DNA of 24,260 bases, from positions 1 through 24,260 of the forward strand of contig JAAZKL010000164.1 of NCBI GenBank assembly GCA_012799845.1, given 5' to 3'. Made by a program: the position numbers and the translations under genes. Below are positions 10,101 to 15,852 of the stretch, one piece after another; positions within the stretch are counted from its first letter, which is position 1, and every line of letters begins with the position of its first letter. Under the pieces are notes generated by a model. That model was given only the letters and a program-made list of their open reading frames with translations, was not told the DNA's origin and did not search any database. Source of the DNA: Clostridiaceae bacterium (lineage in GTDB: Bacteria; Bacillota; Clostridia; Acetivibrionales; DTU013).

Positions 10101-11808
10101 ACAGGGGATCAGACCTGTCGACAATATCTGGCTTCCGCCGCTGCCCAAAACGCTGTCGCTGCCGCATTTGCAGGAGTATGGAGATGTTGCCTGGAGAGAC
10201 GGCATCTGGCGGGCACCTTCCGGAGAACTGGATCCTGTTGTCGGCCTGATCGATGATCCTGTTAACCAACGCCAGGCAGCACTGTCCGTCAACCTGCTCA
10301 TGGAGGGGCACCTGCTTGTGACAGGTTCGGGTTCGGGAGGAAAGACGACTTTCCTGCAAACGCTTTTATATTCACTTGTCACGACATATTCGCCCAAACA
10401 GCTCAACATATACATAGCCGACTTCGGAAGCCGGACGATGGGAGTATTCTCCTCGCTGCCGCATGTAGGCGGCGTCGTGTATGACAGCGAGACCGACAAG
10501 GCGGACAAGCTGGTCGCGATGCTTCTGAAGGAACTGAGCCGGCGCAGGCATATGTTCTCGGAAAAAGGAATCGGCTCCGTAAGAGAATATGTCCGCCTCT
10601 ATGACGATGTGCCGTTCATAGTTTTTGCCATCGACAACTATGCCGCGTGGAATGAAAGCTGTCCAAAGCAGGAGGACAATCTCATCCTGCTGTCGCGTGA
10701 AGCTGCAAGCTACGGCATATACCTGGTCATCACCTGCTCCAACTCAGGGGACATCCGGGGCAGGATCCGGCAAAACATCAGTTACGGCATCGGCCTGCAG
10801 CTTGCTGACCGGTTTGAGTACGAAGAAGCCATAGGCATGAAGACGGAAATCGTTGCTGAGGACCATACTCCGGGGCGCGGGCTCGTTTGCTGCCCGAAGC
10901 CACTTGAGTTCCAGACAGCGCTGTGCATGGACGTCAACGACCCGGTCACCCTCAATATGAAGCTGAAGGAACAGTTCGAGCAAATGGCGGCCGCATGGAG
11001 TGGAGAGGCAGCTACGGTCATACCGCAGGTGCCGTCCGACCTGTCCCTGGACAATCTCCTGTCGCTGCCCGAGTTCAATGAGGCTGTAAGTTCGCACAGG
11101 TACATCCCGTTCGGGTATGAGCTGTCAATGGCGCAGATTTCAAGCGTCGATCTGGCGAGGACCTTCTGCTATACCATAAGCGGCACGTCGAGAAGCGGAA
11201 AAACCAATCTGCTCAAGGTATACATGAGACTGGCTAAAACGCGGGACGGCAAGATATATGTGTTTGACGGCCCTAACCGCGAACTGGAAGCATATTCACG
11301 CGAAATAAGTGCAGACGGCTACATGACGAAATCCGACGAACTGTTCGATTACATGCAGACGGTCATGGTCCCGGAATTTGCGCGCAGGAACAGGGCAAAA
11401 GCTGAATTTGTAAGGAGCGGGAGCAGGAACGTTGATGAGTATATCGCCTCCGAACAGAAAATCTTCCTGTTCATAAATGACATGAGCGCGTTCTGCGAGG
11501 CGGTTTACGAAAGTGAACGCGATATGAAAGGCTTTATGGAGCAAATGATCGTCCGGGGCGACAATCATATGATCTACCTGTTTGCGTGTGTATCAGTGGC
11601 TGATATGACCGGAGAATACAATTCCAAACGCCTGATGCGCGGATTTGTGGGCTGGAAGGAAGGCATTCACCTGGGAGGCAGGCTGGAAGACCAGAAAGTG
11701 TTCGACTTCGATGTGCCGATACTGCAACGCGGGAAAAAGCTGCCTGCCGGCTATGGGCATATATCTGCTGACGGAGCAACATTGCGTGTCGTTACAGCTA
11801 TTGCATAA
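7156..11808 (+). CDS. essC: Type VII secretion FtsK/SpoIIIE ATPase, EssC/YukB type (N-terminal FHA region, two TM helices, three P-loop domains)
   Basis: FHA motif (ITIGS...VSGHHA...SRNGTFVNG). Two hydrophobic helices (PSLTMVIPMAAGVLF; FMFMGIVTSVTAAVIGVFW). Walker A motifs GTTGSGKS, GSGSGGKT, GTSRSGKT. HGPHGLVAG, IDYKGG, IIADEFAEL and LILATQKP motifs. Adjacent EsaB and WXG100 genes. Confidence 0.95.
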   Translation: MSFIISVHFKNSFYEIFTPGINNRKISIEIPSDISGFASDFPLSFEVWNNNWSILENEAVVFLKGNDSKKTVPLESGLTISCELRPTRERFSLIVEKSYKGYSDFDKYVLKQGKITIGSADGNMVRYNTRNLVSGHHAVLDVGPDGICTLTDSSRNGTFVNGKRISGSCRLNYGDVVYIIGLKLICLGNVIAVNRPFEPVRLTGLESFVRDAESGPQPDADADDGYYQRSPRQIEPLDDETIEIEAPPNPARSRRQPLMFTVGPSLTMVIPMAAGVLFTIWSQQQSNSGMASPFMFMGIVTSVTAAVIGVFWALTNYRYNMKMEREDEARRRDMYGKYLEKIRRLLIRKHMFNKEVLDRKYPETRECLRFVMEKSRRVWERNVNHPDFLTVRLGQGQMPSPNIISIPKERFSLVDDNLAEEPANIKNEYDILKDVPVCISLTEHNLVGVIGEPAAVYGYIPQIMAAQIATCHSYTDVRMAFIYNEKHARSFEFAKWLPHTWNEDGSFRMIACDKNGVGELFYNLSSMLRTRLEEKEDPSEAVRSLPHYVIFIADPSLVENEAVMKYISAPTAQMGITTVLLYEQIDRLPNNCTVIIQSDEDYRGYYSLDSSFDGFSNVMFDGVSIEELEEYAREMSSIRVRETQSAGAIPQMLTFLDMYKTSVVTDIDIERRWLENRTYESMRAMIGYRSANSPLYLDIHEKYHGPHGLVAGTTGSGKSETLQTYILSMALSYHPYEVSFILIDYKGGGMAGSFEKLPHVAGIITNLGGNQTNRALASINSEIKRRQTVFNEYKLKHIDGYIELFRAGKVSQPMPHLLIIADEFAELKKEQPEFVRELVSASRVGRSLGVHLILATQKPSGVVDEEIWGNSKFRLCLRVQDKQDSNEMIRRPDAAYITNAGRGYFQVGNDEIFEQFQSGWSGARYEPDIPYSDAGQSDAKMINLWGKPCVVGSTKKVSKQEDGKKTTQLEAVVQHICSIAERQGIRPVDNIWLPPLPKTLSLPHLQEYGDVAWRDGIWRAPSGELDPVVGLIDDPVNQRQAALSVNLLMEGHLLVTGSGSGGKTTFLQTLLYSLVTTYSPKQLNIYIADFGSRTMGVFSSLPHVGGVVYDSETDKADKLVAMLLKELSRRRHMFSEKGIGSVREYVRLYDDVPFIVFAIDNYAAWNESCPKQEDNLILLSREAASYGIYLVITCSNSGDIRGRIRQNISYGIGLQLADRFEYEEAIGMKTEIVAEDHTPGRGLVCCPKPLEFQTALCMDVNDPVTLNMKLKEQFEQMAAAWSGEAATVIPQVPSDLSLDNLLSLPEFNEAVSSHRYIPFGYELSMAQISSVDLARTFCYTISGTSRSGKTNLLKVYMRLAKTRDGKIYVFDGPNRELEAYSREISADGYMTKSDELFDYMQTVMVPEFARRNRAKAEFVRSGSRNVDEYIASEQKIFLFINDMSAFCEAVYESERDMKGFMEQMIVRGDNHMIYLFACVSVADMTGEYNSKRLMRGFVGWKEGIHLGGRLEDQKVFDFDVPILQRGKKLPAGYGHISADGATLRVVTAIA

Positions 11809-11861
11809 CAGGAGTTAATGGCGGCACTGGTCTTACCGATCGTTGAGAAAGCGAGGACAGC

Positions 11862-12599
11862 ATGCTAAGCATAATCGTGTTGGACACAATGCATGACGAA
11901 GAACCCAATATATCGGATATACTTGAGGAGGCGTATTCAAAACGCGACCTGCCTGTCAAACGGCTTGCCGTTTTCAGGGAACCTGCGCCCCTGTTTGGAT
12001 TTGCGGAGGAGCAGTCGGACAGGTTCAATGTTTTCATAGCATCATTTTCCTGGCTCCGGGATGAGTACATGGAACTGGCGCAAAATCTCAGGAGGCGCAG
12101 GAAAAACCTGTTTATAGTATTCGTGGTCGGCAGGAATGTGGACATATCATGCTGCGTGCGGCCGTCAGTGAGGCCCTCCGGCATACTGTTCATCCCCCTG
12201 GAGAAGCAGCGGATCTATCAAACGCTCAGCGAGATCTACGTTGAACTGCTGAGATCGGCCGAACGCGGGGAACAGCCTGTGTTCACCATCAGGTGCGGCG
12301 GCGAATACTACACCATCGATACTGAAGATATATTCTTCTTTGAGGCGCAGGGCAAAAAAATCGCTGCCAAAACACGCAGCCAGGAGATCGCTTTTTATTC
12401 GAACTTCGAAGCTGTGCTGGAGCAGCTTCCCGAATGGTTTGTGAGGTGCCATAAGGGGTTTGTGGTGAATACGAAGCAGATCGTCCAGGCAAGTTTTACT
12501 GAAATGACGCTGACATTGAAGGACAGGTCGGTGGTCCCGATATCGCGGACATACCGTGACGAGATCAGGACGATCGTCGAGTCGAAAGGGGCTGTATGA
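11862..12599 (+). CDS. LytTR-family DNA-binding regulator with atypical (pseudo-)receiver domain
   Basis: The C-terminal LytTR signature is IFFFEAQGKK...FVRCHKGFVVN...VPISRTY. The N-terminal about 120 aa has receiver-like spacing but lacks the phospho-Asp (FIASF), Thr/Ser (VFVVG) and Lys-Pro (LFIP) residues. Confidence 0.85.
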   Translation: MLSIIVLDTMHDEEPNISDILEEAYSKRDLPVKRLAVFREPAPLFGFAEEQSDRFNVFIASFSWLRDEYMELAQNLRRRRKNLFIVFVVGRNVDISCCVRPSVRPSGILFIPLEKQRIYQTLSEIYVELLRSAERGEQPVFTIRCGGEYYTIDTEDIFFFEAQGKKIAAKTRSQEIAFYSNFEAVLEQLPEWFVRCHKGFVVNTKQIVQASFTEMTLTLKDRSVVPISRTYRDEIRTIVESKGAV

Positions 12600-13090
12600 T
12601 GGAGGGACTGAAAGCATCATTCATACTTACAAGGCCTGAAATGCTCTTCCTGCTGAACAGTGCTGCCGGCACTACTCCCTCTGGTCCGATGGAGCATTTA
12701 CTGAGCAAGTGCTTCTCCAGCGCAACAGTGTCGGAGGAAACTGTCGGAGGGCTCGCGGACAAGGGACTGATCACGAAAACACCGGATAAGGTCTCGCTGG
12801 AGCCTGTGATCGGGCTGCTGGCGCGTTCTGCGATGACAGCCGGGAAGCTGTGGATCGTCAACGAAGGCGCCGAAGATAAGATGATGATACTGAGATCCGA
12901 TGAAATGTACCTGCACATAAAGAGATATCCGCTGATCGCTGACTCATGGCGCATCGCGCCGTACAGGACAGCGTCCGGGCTGCATGACGAGTTCGGGGGC
13001 ATCGCTGTCAGGAATGTAAGGATCATTGGTCAGCAGGGTGAAGAAGCTTTTATTGAATCACCGAACGATTTTGCATGGCTGGAGGTTTGA
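12596..13090 (+). CDS. Hypothetical protein in the T7SS operon, possibly EspG/EsaE-like chaperone
   Basis: ATGA overlap with the LytTR stop, followed closely by esaB. The N-terminal pattern LTRPEMLFLL...GLADKGLI...LEPVIGLLAR resembles EspG-family N-termini by eye only. Confidence 0.6.
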   Translation: MMEGLKASFILTRPEMLFLLNSAAGTTPSGPMEHLLSKCFSSATVSEETVGGLADKGLITKTPDKVSLEPVIGLLARSAMTAGKLWIVNEGAEDKMMILRSDEMYLHIKRYPLIADSWRIAPYRTASGLHDEFGGIAVRNVRIIGQQGEEAFIESPNDFAWLEV

Positions 13091-13095
13091 TTTGA

Positions 13096-13350
13096 ATGGC
13101 AAAAATCTATATCGATGTGAGCACGCCGGGTAACGGCAAGGTATATGAGTTCCGTCTCGACAACTCCATGACGGTCGGCCAGGTCAAGGCCAGGATGATC
13201 GAGGAAATAACCGAATTCGAGAATGGGAACATTACTCTCGATCCTGAAAAGATCATACTCTGCAACCAGGATACCCGGACAATGCTGCCGGAATCCCAGA
13301 CACTGAGGCAGTCGGGAGTCAGGAGCGGGCACAGGCTGCTGCTTGTGTGA
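13096..13350 (+). CDS. esaB: EsaB/YukD-family ubiquitin-like T7SS protein
   Basis: 84 aa with a beta-grasp pattern (IYIDVS...VYEFRLDNSMTVGQVK...TLRQSGVRSGHRLLLV), RBS GGAGG, located in the essC operon. Confidence 0.85.
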   Translation: MAKIYIDVSTPGNGKVYEFRLDNSMTVGQVKARMIEEITEFENGNITLDPEKIILCNQDTRTMLPESQTLRQSGVRSGHRLLLV

Positions 13351-13455
13351 CATATGCCCGTCCACCCATGCCGGTGAAATGCCGCTCTGACATTCTGGCC
13401 AATTTTTTTGAGTACTGCAATTCATTCCAAAAAACATGCAGGTTGTCAGAATCTA

Positions 13456-13484
13456 TTGAAATGGTATGAGAAAGCAAGTAAGCT
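13456..13484 (+). promoter_or_regulatory. Possible internal promoter for the WXG100/effector genes
   Basis: TTGAAA (13456-13461), 17 nt, TAAGCT (13479-13484) in a 165-nt intergenic gap ahead of RBS GGAGGTG. Confidence 0.45.
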
Positions 13485-13515
13485 ATATACAGAAAGCAAA
13501 CGGAGGTGACAGGCC

Positions 13516-13827
13516 ATGCCGGATTTCAGGTCAACGGATGTGGACAGCAGACAGATCGAAAATACAGCCGCCAGTCTGGACGAAGACATTAAGGCGTTGT
13601 CATCTGTATGCACTTTCATCCGGAACGATGTGATGGCGAACCTGGACCCTTACTGGGAGGGACAGGCAAAGCAAAGTTTCGAGCAGCGGTTCACCCGGTT
13701 TGCAGAGGCCCTGGTAAAGCTCGTTGACGAATACAGGGTGCTCAACGACCTGCTGAAGAGAGCCGGTGATACGTATGGCAAGGCAGACGATTCGGTAAGG
13801 AACACAATTGCGAAGCTGCCAAGGTAG
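13516..13827 (+). CDS. WXG100 family protein 1
   Basis: 103 aa helical protein with central W-E-G and C-terminal YGKAD (YxxxD/E). RBS GGAGGTG. Confidence 0.9.
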   Translation: MPDFRSTDVDSRQIENTAASLDEDIKALSSVCTFIRNDVMANLDPYWEGQAKQSFEQRFTRFAEALVKLVDEYRVLNDLLKRAGDTYGKADDSVRNTIAKLPR

Positions 13828-13838
13828 GGGGTGTTGGT

Positions 13839-14222
13839 ATGGCCGGGAAAAAGAATATGAAAATGCCGGATCCTGCTGTGGGAGCTGCATTGATTACTTT
13901 GCGCCAGGATTTTATAAAATTTGACCCGGAAAAGATCATGGAGGTTTCGACCGGGCTTGAACAGCAGCACAAGAAATTCACCCAGGCTGCCGCAACGATA
14001 AAGAGGCGGGCTGAAAGCCTGATGGCAAGCTGGAAGAGCGACAGCGCCGATTTATACATGAAGAAGATCGGGGAACTGGATGCACAGAGCAATGAAATTG
14101 CCGGTGAATTGCTCTCATTAAGCCAGGACCTGGCCAAAGCATCCGGGATCTACAAGACCGGCGAATCGGAAGCGAAGAAGAAAGCAGAAGCGTTGCCTAC
14201 TGAAGGCGTGTTTCTCGTATAG
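13839..14222 (+). CDS. WXG100-like protein 2 (WKS variant)
   Basis: IKFDPEKI...SWKSDSA...YKTGE...LPTEGVF. Paralogous to 15033-15353. The start codon is uncertain (13839 or 13857). Confidence 0.85.
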   Translation: MAGKKNMKMPDPAVGAALITLRQDFIKFDPEKIMEVSTGLEQQHKKFTQAAATIKRRAESLMASWKSDSADLYMKKIGELDAQSNEIAGELLSLSQDLAKASGIYKTGESEAKKKAEALPTEGVFLV

Positions 14223-14243
14223 TGAGGGACGGTGAGTGCGAAT

Positions 14244-14642
14244 ATGGCGATAATGAATTTCAACTATAACCAGGCAATCAGGCAGGCGGACCAAATCGAT
14301 TCCGCGGCAGGCGAATTGCTGAACACGGCGAACAGGCAGCTCCAGACGACGCTGGAATCCGTTGCCGCCTGCTGGAATGGCGATGCCTCGGCGCAGTTCA
14401 TCAGCTACTGCAGGACTGTCCAGGAAGATATCCGAAGAGAGGCGGGAAAACTCCAGGACCTGGCCCGCCGGATAAGGCAGGTTGCCAGGATCATCAGGGA
14501 AGCTGAAGAAAGGGCAAGAGAACTTCAGCGGCAGAGGGAAGCCGCAGCCGCTGCAGCAGCTGCTGCCGCCGCAGAGCAAAAAGGGAACTTTTCATCGGGA
14601 GGCGGCAGCTTCAGCGGTGGCGGCGGCGGTGGCTCATTCTGA
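14244..14642 (+). CDS. WXG100 family protein 3 with poly-Ala and Gly-rich C-terminal extension
   Basis: Central W-N-G, tail A11-EQKGNFSSGGGSFSGGGGGGSF. ATG 14244 is preferred over GTG 14232 on RBS spacing (GGTGAG at 14231-14236). Confidence 0.85.
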   Translation: MAIMNFNYNQAIRQADQIDSAAGELLNTANRQLQTTLESVAACWNGDASAQFISYCRTVQEDIRREAGKLQDLARRIRQVARIIREAEERARELQRQREAAAAAAAAAAAEQKGNFSSGGGSFSGGGGGGSF

Positions 14643-14707
14643 CAGGAGTTTGATATCATCTCATATTTCATATATCAGAATCCATATTTCTTAAGGAGGG
14701 AATTTCA

Positions 14708-15010
14708 ATGGCAGGAACTGAAGTTTTAACCGGGCGATTGATCGATGTCGCCAAAAACCTTGAGGACATAATCGGACGTTACAATACGACTGTCAACAAG
14801 GTTTACCAGATCGGAGGAGAAATCGATGCAATGTGGGATGGTCCGGCCAGCAATAAATTCGTGTCCATCCTCGGCAACGACAGGGAACGCTTCAATGCTC
14901 TTGCGAAAATGCTCAATGCATATGTCGAGACGCTCCGCAGGGACGCAGCCATCTATGCGAAAGCTGAGAGCGACGCTCTCGATATCCTGAACACGAACAA
15001 AATCCGATAA
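14708..15010 (+). CDS. WXG100 family protein 4
   Basis: 100 aa with central W-D-G, C-terminal YAKAE and RBS AAGGAGG. Confidence 0.9.
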   Translation: MAGTEVLTGRLIDVAKNLEDIIGRYNTTVNKVYQIGGEIDAMWDGPASNKFVSILGNDRERFNALAKMLNAYVETLRRDAAIYAKAESDALDILNTNKIR

Positions 15011-15032
15011 TCTATGAAAGGAGTCGTACATA

Positions 15033-15353
15033 ATGGATATCATATTAAAAGTACAGCCTGATGTTCTTCTCTCCAAATCCGGAGAGCTATCCAACGAAAA
15101 GAACACCATCATCAGCCTCATGGACCAGGCAAAAAGCGAGATCAACTCCCTGACCGGCGTTTGGAAGAGCGAGGCTTCGGATGAATTCCAGGCCAGGTTC
15201 AAACAGGTATACGACGACATAGACAATATGCTCGCTATCGTTTCCGAGTATATCAGTGACCTCAACGAGGTCGCCAATGTCTATACCACAGCGGAAAAAG
15301 CTGCAAAGAGCGCAGCGGAAGGACTTCCGACCGACGGTGTTTTCAGAGTTTGA
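15033..15353 (+). CDS. WXG100-like protein 5 (WKS variant)
   Basis: ILKVQPDVL...VWKSEAS...YTTAE...LPTDGVF, with RBS AAAGGAG. Confidence 0.9.
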   Translation: MDIILKVQPDVLLSKSGELSNEKNTIISLMDQAKSEINSLTGVWKSEASDEFQARFKQVYDDIDNMLAIVSEYISDLNEVANVYTTAEKAAKSAAEGLPTDGVFRV

Positions 15354-15359
15354 ATTCAA

Positions 15360-15403
15360 GTATACCCGGTACATCCGGGAAACGCCGGATATGCCGGGTA
15401 TAC
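15360..15403 (+). other. Long near-perfect intergenic hairpin without U-tract
   Basis: GTATACCCGG-TAC-ATCCGG / loop GAAACG / CCGGAT-ATG-CCGGGTATAC: 19 paired positions with one mismatch and one G-U. Confidence 0.75.
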
Positions 15404-15420
15404 AGTAACCAAGGTGCATA

Positions 15421-15852
15421 ATGATGCAGTATATCAAGTTTAACTGTTATGATCTGGCGGCACAAAATGCCGAACTGCAAAACATTCACAACAGGATCCG
15501 GAGATTGTCCGACGAACTGGCAGGTGTTTTGAATGCGCTGGATCCCCAGATCAGGAGTTACGAAAATCTTCAGCAGCAATTACTGGCGGTCCGGAATGAG
15601 ACTGCTGAGACCAGTGTGCGCATTTTAAGGGCTTGCAGCGCGCTTGACCGGATAATAGACATTTATTACGCGGCAGAAAGCAAAGTAAAGCAATCGGCCG
15701 AGGAACTGCCGGCCAGCACTGTCGGAACATCGGGCCGCCCGGCCGGCAGCACGGTAAAGATAGAAACATCCTCGATAAGCAGGGGTGACCTGGTTTTGGA
15801 AGATTGGATCGCGGAACTTTTGTATAAGGAAGACAACAACAGGAAGGGGTGA
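15421..15852 (+). CDS. WXG100-like helical protein 6 (no WxG motif); probable effector-targeting partner
   Basis: Helical heptad pattern, YYAAE motif, Ser/Thr/Gly linker and C-terminal LVLEDWIAELLY segment. Its stop overlaps the next start (GTGA). Confidence 0.75.
   Translation: MMQYIKFNCYDLAAQNAELQNIHNRIRRLSDELAGVLNALDPQIRSYENLQQQLLAVRNETAETSVRILRACSALDRIIDIYYAAESKVKQSAEELPASTVGTSGRPAGSTVKIETSSISRGDLVLEDWIAELLYKEDNNRKG

Noticed and set aside
10624-11484. Degenerate Walker B in EssC ATPase domains 2 and 3 (AIDNY, FINDM)
   Set aside because: This is expected for EssC/EccC, where the distal domains are typically regulatory. It is not novel.
14541-14573. Poly-Ala tract as a phase-variable simple sequence repeat
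   Set aside because: The codons are mixed (GCC/GCA/GCT) with no long pure unit run, and trinucleotide slips would not switch frame.
14193-15353. LPTEG and LPTDG as sortase LPxTG signals
   Set aside because: The order is LP-T-x-G rather than LP-x-T-G, and there is no following hydrophobic helix or basic tail.
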